The notes: generated by a model not told the origin, from the sequence alone. Shown: positions 38,541 to 51,359, numbered from the stretch's first letter. The stretch is DNA of 64,000 bases from Octopus bimaculoides (GCF_001194135.2 NC_068997.1:4676936-4740935), one strand, 5' to 3'. Translations and numbers: made by a program.

Positions 38541-38719
38541 CACCTCCTGCAGTTGTCATATTATGCACATACATGCAAGTACATGTGTGCACACACACAT
38601 ACACATATGTGTGTGCGCGCGCGCGCGCACACACACACACACACGCGCAAGCACGTGTGCACACACATTCATACACACACATGCATTCATACATACTTCC
38701 ATATATCTATGACTACATG

Positions 38720-39380
38720 TCTGTGTGAATCAGTGCTGTGTTACATCCCCTTATGTATATGGACGATGACAGTTGTGTAGAGAAGTTCCGATCTCTAACT
38801 GTAGAGGGAACCTGTGGTAGAGGTAGACTCAGGAAGACATGGGACAAGGTGGTGAAGCATGATCTTCCAACTTTGAGCCTCGCAGAGGCAATGGTTTGTG
38901 ACCAAGACCTTTGGCGATGTGCTGTGCTTGAGAGGACCCATCAAGCCTAGTGCACCTGTGCTGGTGGCATGTAAAGAACATCTTTTACATTGGGCCTCAC
39001 AGAGGCCAAGTGGCTGGGTTCCTTTCGAGCATCGGGCCTCACAGAGGCAAAGTAGCTGAGTTCCTTTCAAGTGTTTGGCCTCATTAAGGCAATGACCAAG
39101 ACCTTTGGCATTATGTCATGCTTGAGAAGAAGACCCATCAAGCCAAGCAAAATTGCAGTTGTGGCAAGATACCGGTGTCACGCAAATTGGCACCCATGCC
39201 AGTGGCACGTAAAAGCACCCATTACACTCTCAGAGTAATTGGCATTAGGAAGGGCATCTAGTCTTAGAAAGCCATGCCAAATCAAACTGGAGTCTGGTGC
39301 AGCCTTCCAGCATGCCAGCCCAGTGAAACCATCCAACTCATGCCAGCATGGACAACAGATGTTAAATGATGATGATGATG
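38720..39380 (+). mobile_element. RTE-LINE 3' end
   Basis: MDDDSCVEK.RSLTVEGTCGRGR.RKTWDKVVKHDL, then UTR and (GAT)n tail. Confidence 0.85.
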
Positions 39381-39519
39381 ATGAATATTTTCAAATGATA
39401 ATATAAAAATGAATCGGAAAATTAATTTTACATTATGGAATTTCGTTTTATGGCCAAATTTTCTGGCACACATTACTTCCATAAAGCAAGGAATTCCTGT
39501 GTATATATATATATCCTCA

Positions 39520-40830
39520 TCATCATTGTCATCATTTAGCATCTACTTTCCATGCTGGCATGGGTTAGACAGGCTGATTTGATGTGGTTTCAGTGGCTGG
39601 ATGCCTTCCCTAACATCAACCACTCCAAGAATGTAGTGGGTGCCTTTTACATGTCACTGGCACAGGTGCCTTTTACATGTCACCAGCATGGGTGCCTTTG
39701 ATATGTTACTAGCATGGTTGCATTTTATGTGTCACCAGCACTGGCCACGACTACGATTTCACTTGGCTTGATGTGTCTTCTTAAGCACATCAAATTGCTG
39801 AAGGTCTTGATCACTTGTCATCACCTCTGTGAGACCCAAGAGTCAAAGATTGTGCTTCACCATTTCATCCCATGTCTTCTTGGGTTTACTATTTCCACAG
39901 GTTCCCTCCACAGTTAGAGATCAGCTTTTCTTTATGCAACTGTCCTCATCTATATGCAATACATGACCATACCAATACAGTTGTCTCTATTGCAAACCAC
40001 TTCTGATGCCTCTTATGCCCAATATTTTTCTCAAGATGCTTACACTCTGTTGAACATACTCAGTGACATTGCATATCCAGCAAAGCATACTAGCTTCATT
40101 TATTTCAAGCCTTCACATGTCCTCTGCAGTTATAGCTTGTGTTTAACTTTCATCACCTGATCCAACAATTTGATATCCCTCTAATTATTTCTGTCTAAGG
40201 TGTCACCTTTACCTTTGTAGCAGTGACTATGGTGCTGCTACACCAGTCATTGGGTATGACTCCATTGTATACAACCTGATTAACTATATGGGTGACTAGA
40301 CCCTAACCCACACCGCCAGGTATCTTGAGTATCTCAGTGGTGATTCCTGATGAGCCAGGGGCTTTCCCCGTCTTCATAGCCTTCGTGGCTTTAACTACCC
40401 TGCTACTGTCTATTCAGATTGCTTATCCTTCTGTTGGACCCACATTAGGCAGACTCTCCATGAATCCTCTACACTTAACAACCTTTCATAGTGGCACTAC
40501 CAAGTCTCTTTCTTTGCAGAGTTACTAACTGCAAGTGAACCATCACCCATGTGAACGCACTTCTCTCCAACATCACAGTTTTCCTTGACACACTGTCTTG
40601 CAAACCAAAATACTTCATCCTGCCAAACACTGGCAGACTTCTTCCTTTCTGCCTCAAACCTGGCTAAGTATACTGGCCTCCTAGCTTCCCTTCAAGCTAC
40701 CAAATATAGTTTCTTGCTATCACCACTTTTCCAGTTCTTCCAGGCCTGTTTCTTTGATTTCATGGCCTTGTCAACTACACTGTTCCACCATCATGTCACC
40801 TTAGTCCTGGTTGGGACTTTACACCAACCA
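39520..40830 (-). mobile_element. RTE-LINE 3' end with upstream RT-region remnant
   Basis: Reverse homolog of 31717-32750, including ~25-bp UTR tandem repeats at 39635-39740. Confidence 0.8.
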
Positions 40831-40878
40831 CAAATTTGGTCTGTGGCTCTCAGTAATATACTCACACACACACACTCA

Positions 40879-40924
<46 letters not shown>

Positions 40925-41256
40925 TAGGTATGTGTATATATATAGATGCATGTTATTGACTGTGTGTAATGTGTATATGTGTGTATATGCAATTGTTATG
41001 TACATGCATTTGTTGTCAGTGTGTCATTGAGTATGTTAGAGTTTGTGTAAATGTTTGATAAATCAATATCTATTGATACAAATCAATCTCGTCTCCTTCC
41101 ACCCACACCCACCCACTATGCACACATCCAGACATCCAGACAGACACTCCCCACTGGTGTCATCATCTATCACTGATCACATGTATCAATACAATAGCAG
41201 ACAGACAATATACCACTGATCACACCCACCTTCTATTGCTGCCTTACCAACTGATT

Positions 41257-41318
<62 letters not shown>

Positions 41319-42094
41319 NNNNNNNNNNNNNNNNNNNNNNNNNNNNNNNNNNNNNNNNNNNNNNNNNNNNNNNNNNNNNNNNNNNNNNNNNNNNNNNNNN
41401 NNNNNNNNNNNNNNNNNNNNNNNNNNNNNNNNNNNNNNNNNNNNNNNNNNNNNNNNNNNNNNNNNNNNNNNNNNNNNNNNNNNNNNNNNNNNNNNNNNNN
41501 NNNNNNNNNNNNNNNNNNNNNNNNNNNNNNNNNNNNNNNNNNNNNNNNNNNNNNNNNNNNNNNNNNNNNNNNNNNNNNNNNNNNNNNNNNNNNNNNNNNN
41601 NNNNNNNNNNNNNNNNNNNNNNNNNNNNNNNNNNNNNNNNNNNNNNNNNNNNNNNNNNNNNNNNNNNNNNNNNNNNNNNNNNNNNNNNNNNNNNNNNNNN
41701 NNNNNNNNNNNNNNNNNNNNNNNNNNNNNNNNNNNNNNNNNNNNNNNNNNNNNNNNNNNNNNNNNNNNNNNNNNNNNNNNNNNNNNNNNNNNNNNNNNNN
41801 NNNNNNNNNNNNNNNNNNNNNNNNNNNNNNNNNNNNNNNNNNNNNNNNNNNNNNNNNNNNNNNNNNNNNNNNNNNNNNNNNNNNNNNNNNNNNNNNNNNN
41901 NNNNNNNNNNNNNNNNNNNNNNNNNNNNNNNNNNNNNNNNNNNNNNNNNNNNNNNNNNNNNNNNNNNNNNNNNNNNNNNNNNNNNNNNNNNNNNNNNNNN
42001 NNNNNNNNNNNNNNNNNNNNNNNNNNNNNNNNNNNNNNNNNNNNNNNNNNNNNNNNNNNNNNNNNNNNNNNNNNNNNNNNNNNNNNNNNNNNNN

Positions 42095-42412
42095 ACCTGC
42101 AAGTAAGTTCTGCTCATTGTGGATCCTAACATGTCTTTTAAGACCCCCATTGGATTTGCAAACCCTCTGGCACACACCACATTCAAACGTGTGCACAGAC
42201 ATATAATCAGAATAGCTGGGTGAGGTTTGTTTTCCATGGGTTCGCAGGTGAGATTTGAGGCCAGCCAAGGACAGACATGGTCTGTCACAGACTGTGCACA
42301 CAAAAAGGTCCTTGTCATTCACCTTCTCAGTCTTTACATTTTTCCTTAAATGTCTCTTGAGCCCTGCTTGCATCATCCTGGCCTCTTCAAATGCTTTCAC
42401 TCCACTCCACAC
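42095..42412 (-). mobile_element. 5'-truncated LINE ORF2 C-terminus with two C2H2 zinc fingers (RTE/RTE-X-like)
   Basis: VWSGVKAFEEAR..LKR.LRK precedes CTVC..C.SLAGLKSHLRTH and CGVC..C.SNGGLKRHVRIH. It begins abruptly at a microsatellite, has no splice acceptor and runs into a gap. Confidence 0.7.
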
Positions 42413-43981
42413 ATACATACATACATACACACACTCACATGCATACACATATTTGTGTGTGAGCGTGTGTGTATGTATGTATTTGGTAGAACAAAGAGGA
42501 TAAGAACTCAATACATGAGTATAATTATGTAGGTATTTAGGGGAAATCCCAGCTGTTTCCTCTTAAAGCACATCTGCTTACTCCATTAATACAATCCAAT
42601 ATGTAGTCTCAGTTGCTGCTGTATGTAATGGTGAATAAATACTAAAAAAAATTTCCAGTTTCCTGTTTTGTTAAAAATGAGTGTATATATATTGTTTTAA
42701 TTGGCAAAAGTTACAAAATCACTTGCTTCCCAAGCATGTGGTCTTGGGTTCAGTTCCACTGCACAGCACCTTGGGCAAGTGATACTCTAGCCCCTCACTG
42801 ACCAAAGCCTTGTGAGTGGATTTGGTAGATGGAAAGTGAAAGAAGCCCATCATGTATGTGTGTGTGTGTTTGTGTGTACCCTTATCTCAAAATAATATAA
42901 AGGTTCTAAATAAGCTTTATCATACAAGTGAGATTGTTTCTTCCAGTCTGCCATGAAAAACCTGTCCAGTTATGAGAAAATATTCCTTCGCTTGGAAACA
43001 GTTGGCGACAGGAAGAGTATTAGACTGTAGAAAATCTGCCTCGACAAATTACTTTAATGTCCATTTGTACAAGCTTGCATGGGTCAAATAGAATTTGCTT
43101 GAAGTAGATAGATTTTCTAAGACTAGATGTTTTTATTGATGCCATTTTGTTTCCAGCAAGGTAATATGTCTCCCTGGATGGATGCTTTCATAGGAGACTA
43201 GAAAAAAATTGCACTTATTTACAACTATCATGCAGCATGAAAACAAGAAGGTATAAACATACACAAACATGCATACCTGTATATGTAAGCATATACATAT
43301 ATATGACGGGCTTCTTTCAGTTTCATGTTGTTGACTATTCAAAAAATTGAGAGGGAAGCAGTGTGACAATATATAAGCAAAAATATTTGTTAACTCTTCA
43401 GAATATAATTATTCATTAAGATATGATTAGTTGTCTAAAAATTCATTAAAAAATTGCATTACACATTCATATATTCAGTTCTACTCATAATGCATTATAT
43501 ATTTATCAGTTCACATATATAATCACAATATGTCTACTGGAGATGTCTGTTTTTCTCTAGCAGGTCAAGTGACTGTCTAGAGACTCCATTTTTGGTTCAT
43601 GGTTCCGATTATTTTATGCAGTTAGTCAGGCCAGCTGGAGCAGAGCAAACAAAATCAGGCATTCCTTAAAGGTCACAGCCCAATGGCAGTAGTAATAGTA
43701 AGGTTTGAAATTACAAACATGTGGTCAGTTGTTCGGCATCGTCATCAGGCCAACTGCACATGATTTTAAACCTCACAGACTGTTTATGTTGAATAAATTT
43801 TGGTCTACTTGCACTGTTTCTGGCCAAGAGAGAGGGAAAAAACGTAAGACAAAAATAGAAAAAGGCCAGTAAAAAAAAATCAATAAAATATCTTAATTAT
43901 AAACCTTCACACAGCAATACAAACAGTTTTTGTGGTGTTAAGAACAATTGCTCAGGAGATCATCATCATCATCACTGTCAT

Positions 43982-44013
<32 letters not shown>

Positions 44014-45147
44014 TCATCATCACCATTGTCATTATTATCATCTTAAGAGGAGGAGGAGAGAGTAAAAGAAGAAGAACGTTAATTATCGGACATCTCCTGG
44101 CATTCTTTGGAATGACGCCAATTCTTCTTGAACAAATGGCGCTGACAATAACTGAAGATATTCACTAAAAATCATTTATCAATTTTTTCCTCCCTATCTC
44201 ACCCCATCTTATCATCATCATCATCATCAGCGAAAACTTTAAACACATTTTAATAATTGCTTCTAACTATGTGTATATATATATGTATGTATGTATATAT
44301 TTTTATGTATATGTATGTATGAATGTATGTATATCCTGTATCTTATCCACATTATACCAAATTCTACCCCATTGGCTCCAGTGATCTCATAGTTCTTTCT
44401 TCTTCATCCTGCTTTTGCTTTGTTGCTATTTTTGCCTTTGTTTTTTTTTTGTTTTTTTCCTTTCTGTGTGTGTGTGTGTGTTTTCTTATTAAAATTGGAA
44501 AATTAGAAAAAAAATTTTAATTTTTTTCAAATGTGTTTTTTCAAAACAACATATATGCTGTTTTGAAAAGATATTATCATCATCATCATGAATTTTACAT
44601 CTGTTTTTTTCATGCTGGTATGAGTTGGAAGACTTCATGAGATAGTATCGTGTGACCAGATGCCCTTCCTGATGCTAACACTCAATTTAAAGCAGTGTAT
44701 AACTTCCACTGGCATTCACACCTCAAACTGAGCTACAGGACATGTCTCACTTGCAAAGAGCATAAATAATCTTAGCACTGCCAGAGTAGAGTCAATGTAA
44801 AGACAAGCATACACACACACTCACCCATATGCACATATATTTATGCACGCACACACACACACATTTGTGGCACTTTGAGTGGGTGTCTTCTACCAGTTCC
44901 CTGAGCCACCCAGAGCTTTGTAAGTGAATTTGGTAGACAGAAGCTGAAAGAAGTCTATGGCATTTATATATAAGATGGACTCTCCCGTCTGTTTCAGCAA
45001 ATGAGGATCCAACAGCCTGCACTTTCTTTGTCAGTCATGATTTGTTAAGAAGCCCACAGATGTTGTAAGTATAAGGATTACGGGTCAGTACAGGCAGTAT
45101 ATTTGCAGCTAGTTTTCTCCTTTACCTTGTACCCCTTAGCCTGTTAA

Positions 45148-45387
45148 TGTGTGTGTGTTATTTCTTTACTACCCACAAGGGGCTACACACAGAGGGGACA
45201 AACAAGGACAGACAAACGGATTAAGTCGATAATACCGACCCCAGTGCGTAACTGGTACTTATCTAATCAACCCCGAAAGGATGAAAGGCAAAGTCAACCT
45301 CGGCGGAATTTGAACTCAGAACGTAGCGGCAGACGAAATACCGTTAAGCATTTCGCCCGGCGTGCTAACGTTTCTGCCAGCTCGCCG

Positions 45388-45390
<3 letters not shown>
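45148..45390 (-). mobile_element. SINE B, young CpG-intact copy
   Basis: ggcggcgagctggcagaaacgttagcacgccggg...gagttcaaattccgccgagg. Confidence 0.92.
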
Positions 45391-45451
<61 letters not shown>

Positions 45452-45624
45452 TGAGAGAGAGAGTCTGTGTCTGTATGTATGTGCATGTGAGTGTGAAGAC
45501 TACAGAAACTAGTATACAAATACAGACAACAGGGCAGTCAAAAAAAGACGAAGCTATTATTGAGTATTGTAATCAATTGAGGTTTATCAGCAAATTCAAC
45601 TTCTTTCTTTCCTCCACAAGTACC

Positions 45625-45712
45625 TCTATATGTGTCCTCTATATATGTGTCCTCTATATATGTGTCCTCTATATATGTGTCCTCTATATATGTGTCCTCT
45701 ATACGTGTCCTC
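45625..45712. repeat. 15-bp tandem repeat (gtgtcctctatatat) x~5.5
   Basis: Near-perfect repeats read directly. Confidence 0.95.
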
Positions 45713-45806
45713 TTGAAGACTTCAGTGGCATTAGTATATGTGTGTAAATAGTGTGTGTTTTATTGAAGTTGTAAAACTTTACAAATTGTTACTCAGTTTC
45801 ACTCCA

Positions 45807-45865
45807 AAAGTTCACTCCTTTCTGATGACTGGTTACATGAAACTCTGAGTAAGTTTGTGAACTTT
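45807..45865 (+). ncRNA. Type I hammerhead ribozyme motif, short stem II
   Basis: CTGATGA (45822-28)-ctggttacat-GAAAC-tctga-GTA. The distal stem I helix aaaagttcac/gtgaactttt has 10 bp. The stem II closing pair is mismatched. Confidence 0.6.
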
Positions 45866-45953
45866 TTCATTTACTATAAAACACTGTATTTTACTCTACC
45901 TTTGGGATTTGAGTATTATTTCCACCTTGTTTTCACCTATGCACTCACATACC

Positions 45954-45987
<34 letters not shown>

Positions 45988-46259
45988 GTATGTATATCTA
46001 TATACAAGAAAATAGTCTTCAATTCACTCTTCTAGTTATTAGCTTAGCATCACCCTCAATCTGAAACTAGCATAATAGATTCACTATTTACATTTATACA
46101 TCTTATGTCTATTTTACTACTAACAAATATCATACCAGGTGACTAGGACCAACAATTGAATTGTTGGTGAGTGGATGGAGAAATAGCAAGCCAGTCAAAG
46201 CTGGAGGTATCGAGCCATGTGAGAATAAATAAGCTTCCTCATCCTACACAGGGACATTT

Positions 46260-46520
46260 TAAGACATTTGTTTAAACCAATGGAAAAATCAGCACTCACT
46301 CTGATTTTATTATTCTCTTTCTTAATATATTCAGTTAGTGCATATTGGTACATTTAGAATATTTCACTTTTTGGATAACTCCAGTTTTTTCTAACCTCTC
46401 TAGTTCTTCGTTGACTTACTTCATCACTGCAAAGGGTACCGTTTGTTTTGGTTTAAATACTGGCATGGCATTTTCTTTTATCTGAAAACACGTGATCGTT
46501 GGTGTGAGGCATCCTAGATT
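46260..46520 (-). mobile_element. Ty3/Gypsy pol fragment (start of RT)
   Basis: LGCLT..CFQIKENAMPVFKPKQTVPFAVM..EELERLEKTGVIQKV, then KIRVSADFSIGLN.CL. Confidence 0.75.
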
Positions 46521-46718
46521 GGAAGTCAATACATTAGAGAAAATCATCATATTGGGAAGAAATGTTCATGGATTGACAAAGTTACACACGTATTCTTACT
46601 ATTGATGGAAAGAAAGTGATATAGGAGTATTATTAGCAGAGATGGCTGAATGTCATATGTGCATGGAAAAGTGAAGATCTATTCTAAGTTACTCCAACAG
46701 ATGGACCAGCCATCCATG

Positions 46719-46946
46719 TTAACTCTTTTGCATTCTCATTATTCTGTCAAATGTAATGCTTACTTATTCACCTTGTTTTGAATTAATCATGCATCATCTT
46801 GCAGAGTTGAGATTTTCATGATGTAACTGCTTATTTTTAGAAGAACATTGTATGGTAGGTGTGAGAGGCTGCATCTGATTGGTTTGAATATAAAACAGGA
46901 AGAATATTTAGGCCAGAAATGGCCAGTTCAAATGCTAAAGGGTTAA
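46719..46946. mobile_element. piggyBac-like MITE
   Basis: TTAA-ctcttttgcatt ... aatgctaaaggg-TTAA. Confidence 0.75.
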
Positions 46947-46949
46947 CAG

Positions 46950-47560
46950 TATTATGGTAGATAGAGGAATTTAGAATATGAAGAGAGGAAAGATACTTAG
47001 TCCACTAGGAATTACTGCTGAGATACTTCAAATTTCTGGTGGAATTTGGGACAAGCTAATCACCTGCATAGCCAATCAGGTTGTACAGGAAAGTATCACA
47101 CTAATAACTGGTGTAGTAGCATCATTATGAACTGCTGAAAGTACAAAGACAATCCATTAGAAAAAGAAAACTACCATATAGCTAACTGATGGATCTGGTT
47201 ATAAAAGTTGAAAAGAGAGTTATTGCAAAATTGATTTGGAATAGGATTAACCTGGGTGAGATGCAGTTCAGCATCATGCCGGGAAAAGGTACCACTAATG
47301 CCACATCCTAGTAACACAACTACAAGAAAAGTATTCAGCTAGAAGTAAGTCCCTATATTTAGCATTCGTCAGCATGAAGAAGGCCTTTGTAATGTGCAAA
47401 AGAGTAAGCGGTACTGGTATGAGCATATCATGCACATGAATGATGACAACTTCAGAAGTGTTGAATGCTTAAAGTGAATGTAACCTGTGGAAGAGTGAGG
47501 CCCAGCAAGATTTGTAATGAAGTGGTGGGGACTGATCTCAAGATATTGCATTTCCTGAAG
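46950..47560 (+). mobile_element. RTE-LINE RT fragment, decayed
   Basis: INLGEMQFSIMPGKGTTNA..QLQEKY..SLYLAFVSMKKAF. Confidence 0.75.
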
Positions 47561-47861
47561 GAGCTTATGGGATATGTTTATTGGTGGTGCACAACGCTAG
47601 ACAATGGTTAGACATATGTTTTGTGTATTTATGAAACTTTGAGTAGACTTGAATCAACAGCTATTCATCTGTGAATATAAATTTCTGTACAAGGTATTGA
47701 GTACACTTTCTTTTCATTTGTACAAATATATATATATATCAACACACATAAATACATATGAGTGCATGTATGAATATACAAATTTATGTATTTCAAAACA
47801 GCTTGCCTTTGATGTATATAGAATTGAATTGAAAGTATACATGAGATCAATGTTGTATATT

Positions 47862-47900
<39 letters not shown>

Positions 47901-47903
47901 TAG

Positions 47904-47968
<65 letters not shown>

Positions 47969-48474
47969 CAGACAGACAGACAGATGGAAAGACAGCATTT
48001 GTACAGCATATTACAACATTTCTGTGAAACAGTTTCAATAGTGTAAGGCTTTATATATATTTATGTATAAAGAAATATGTAGATTTTACAAATTGTAATG
48101 TTATGCATATCAACCAGACATTTTGTTATGGTTTCATATCTCTCCATACTTCTGTGTGTATGAGTGTGTGTGTGAGTGTGTGTGTGTGTGTGTGTGTGAG
48201 TGTGTGTGTGTGTGTGTGTGTGAGTGTGTGTGTGTGTGTGAATACACACACACACACACACACACAGTCATACATCTATTGTACTCAACATCATAACAGA
48301 CCGGTTGTCATGCTCCAACTCAGTTCCTATTCAGAGTCGCTGCCCTCCTGGGGAGAGTTTCAGAGGACTATGTCTTTCCTGTGCATTCCATTTTTGGCAG
48401 GGTTTCTATGGCATATGTATGTGCATAGGTATACATGTGCATGCATGTATAAACATTTACATATATAACATGCT

Positions 48475-48688
48475 TACAAGGACATGCTGAAAAGTCCCTG
48501 ACTTTAAGGGTATCACAGAAGACCTAGCTGGAAGCTCAACTTTCCAAGTTCTTTTACAGGGCTTAAGAAAACAGAAGGACCACTGCAATAAGTATGTGAA
48601 TCTGAGAGGGGAATATGTTGAGTAAAATCATAAACTCATCCTCCTGTATTTTCTTTTATTCAAAGCCAGGAACTTTTCAGCATCCCCT

Positions 48689-48692
<4 letters not shown>
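48475..48692. mobile_element. Mariner-derived MITE (~215 bp)
   Basis: TA-caaggacatgctgaaaagtccctg ... ccaggaacttttcagcatccccttg-TA. A second copy lies at 54940-55118. Confidence 0.85.
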
Positions 48693-48739
<47 letters not shown>

Positions 48740-48944
48740 AAATGTATGTACCTACATGTGTATATATGTATGTGTATATATATATANNNNNNNNNNNNNN
48801 NNNNNNNNNNNNNNNNNNNNNNNNNNNNNNNNNNNNNNNNNNNNNNNNNNNNNNNNNNNNNNNNNNNNNNNNNNNNNNNNNNNNNNNNNNNNNNNNNNNN
48901 NNNNNNNNNNNNNNNNNNNNNNNNNNNNNNNNNNNATATATATA

Positions 48945-49100
48945 GTGGTTGGCGTTAGGAAGGGCATCCAGCTGTAGAAACTCTGCCAAATTTAGATTGG
49001 AGCCTGGTGTTGCCATCCGGTTTCACCAGTCCTCAGTCAAATCGTCCAACCCATGCCAGCATGGAAAGCGGACGTTAAACAATGATGATGATGATGATGA
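48945..49100 (+). mobile_element. RTE-LINE 3' tip, young
   Basis: ccaacccatgccagcatggaaagcggacgttaaac(aat)gatgatgat. Confidence 0.85.
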
Positions 49101-49296
49101 TATATATATGTAAATGTATGTACCTACATGTATATACATATATCATTCAAAATTGATGTACACACGCACTCACAAACTCGTACTCTCAATCACATACACA
49201 GAGACACATAGATTTCCACACTCAGGTGTCCACACATATGCACAAGCATGCAGGAAGTATTGAAAACTTTTTAGATGCTGTATAATAAACTCTTAC

Positions 49297-49680
49297 AGGC
49301 ATAGCTGTGTGGTAAGAATCTTGCTTCCCAGCCACATGGTTTTGGGTTCAGTCCCATAGCGTGGAATCTTGGGCAAGTGTCTTCTACTTTAGCCTCAAGC
49401 CAACCAAAGCCTTGTGACTGGATTTGGTAGGCGGAAACTAAAAGCTTGTCATGTGTGTGTGTGTATGTCTTTGTCTATGCGTTTGTCCTCCACCACTAAC
49501 TGACAATTAGTGTTGGTTAGTTTGAGTTCCCATAACTTAGTGGTTCAACAAAAGTAATTAATGGAATAAGTACCAGACTAAACAAATAAGTACTGGGGTT
49601 GATTTATTCAACTAAAAATTCTTCGAGGTGGTGCCCGAGCATGGCCCCAGTCGAACTGTAGCAGGTAAAAAAAGAAAAGG
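49297..49680 (+). mobile_element. SINE A
   Basis: Head, core and tail match the family. Confidence 0.8.
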
Positions 49681-49932
49681 TTATAGATTCATATTTCTCA
49701 TACATTCTAGCTTTTTGACCTCAAACTCCTCCCCCTCTCTGTCTCTCTCTCACCATCTTACACTCCCTCTCTGTATCTCACTCATTCTATCTCCCACTTA
49801 CTCACACTATCTCACCCTCACCCACACACTTCACCTATCCTTCAGTCACCTTATATGCCTATTTTACACTCAATCCCACTCCCTACCATCACTCAATCAC
49901 TCAGACTCTCTCTAATTCTTCTATCATTTCAG

Positions 49933-50037
49933 TAAACTGTTCCGGCAGACCTCAGCTATTATATTTCCTTCTGTTGTTCAACAAACAGGTGAACATACTT
50001 CCCAGAATGCTACACATACCACTTCAAACAGCTACAG
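49933..50037 (+). CDS. Candidate 105-bp phase 2-2 exon (KLFRQTSAIIFPSVVQQTGEHTSQNATHTTSNSY)
   Basis: Acceptor ctaattcttctatcatttcag and donor CAG|gtgaat. The frame is open with a stop just past the donor. Confidence 0.5.
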
Positions 50038-50796
50038 GTGAATCAACCAAAACAATTGGCTTGTTTTTTCAAAATTTTGATTTATCTGAATTTTTTATTC
50101 AAACTTTGAAACAGTGATGATGATGTGTGTGTATTTGTATGCGTAGATATCTATAATAATATTTAGACAATAATAAATAATAGCCATATATATATATATA
50201 NNNNNNNNNNNNNNNNNNNNNNNNNNNNNNNNNNNNNNNNNNNNNNNNNNNNNNNNNNNNNNNNNNNNNNNNNNNNNNNNNNNNNNNNNNNNNNNNNNNN
50301 NNNNNNNNNNNNNNNNNNNNNNNNNNNNNNNNNNNNNNNNNNNNNNNNNNNNNNNNNNNNNNNNNNNNNNNNNNNNNNNNNNNNNNNNNNNNNNNNNNNN
50401 NNNNNNNNNNNNNNNNNNNNNNNNNNNNNNNNNNNNNNNNNNNNNNNNNNNNNNNCAATAACAAATAATATATTATTTAATTTCTCTCTCTGAAGAATTT
50501 CTAATAAGAAATTCCTTATATGTCTCTCTAACATGTAAAACTTTGTAATTCCTATTAACAAATGAAACACATGTAATGAAGAATAAATATCATCAAAATA
50601 ATTTCCATTTTCCTGTTTTATTATACAGTACCTTTTTTGCTGAGAAGGACAGGTCTTCTCAAGCACAGCAAGTCACCAATTCTCTCAATCCTTAATCATC
50701 TTCTCTATGAGGCTCAACATTCTGAATTCCTTGAATAAAGTAAAAAAATGTCAATATGCTATTCAGAGTAAATACTTAACAGCTGCAGTTGTTCTA

Positions 50797-50875
50797 ACTC
50801 AGACTATTCCATTACTCAGACTATTCCATTACTCAGACTATTCCATTACTTAGACTATTCCATTACTTAGACTAT
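50797..50875. repeat. 17-bp tandem repeat (actcagactattccatt) x~4.5
   Basis: Read directly. Confidence 0.95.
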
Positions 50876-51310
50876 GGTGAGTGTCCAATGACAATCTTCA
50901 GACGAGGACAGCTATTAAACACTGATTCAGTATCTGTGGTGGTTCATTTTGCTGACTCCCAGTTTGTCTTGCATATGTGAGAGTGAGCTACAGATTATCT
51001 ATCAATACGTTTGGCTGTTCAGTTGAGTCCAGTAGCTGTCTTACTAAAATTACTTAGGAAATATTTAGTTTTGTAGTGGCAATTATTAATCAGCTCCATT
51101 TCTTTCATTTGAAATGTCTACTGTTCTGGTAAGGAGGTAGTGTTTCTTGTAATTATAGTGACAGTAGTAATTGGCATAAAGAGCACATTTTCTAGAGTAT
51201 AGATGGACCAGACAATGTCAAAGTTGCTAGTATTATTGTACTTTAAGATGCCATATATATCTTGACAATGTTGTAGTATTTCTGTTGGTTTTCTCTGTGT
51301 TTAAATGTAG

Positions 51311-51359
51311 ACCTATGTTTCCAGTACCAGATCCTGAAACTGCTCTCTTACACTCTGGT
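51311..51359 (+). CDS. Candidate 49-bp exon (R-PMFPVPDPETALLHSG)
   Basis: Acceptor ttttctctgtgtttaaatgtag and donor GGT|gtaaga. It joins in frame to 49933-50037. Confidence 0.5.

Noticed and set aside
43561-43670. Plus-strand exon RSSDCLETPFLVHGSDYFMQLVRP...
   Set aside because: Good acceptor, but it reaches a stop with no canonical donor and has no independent support.
46420-46481. Apparent minus-strand exon with perfect splice sites
   Set aside because: It translates as Gypsy pol (IKENAMPVFKPKQTVPFA) and homology continues across both sites. This is a warning that the other candidate exons may be spurious.
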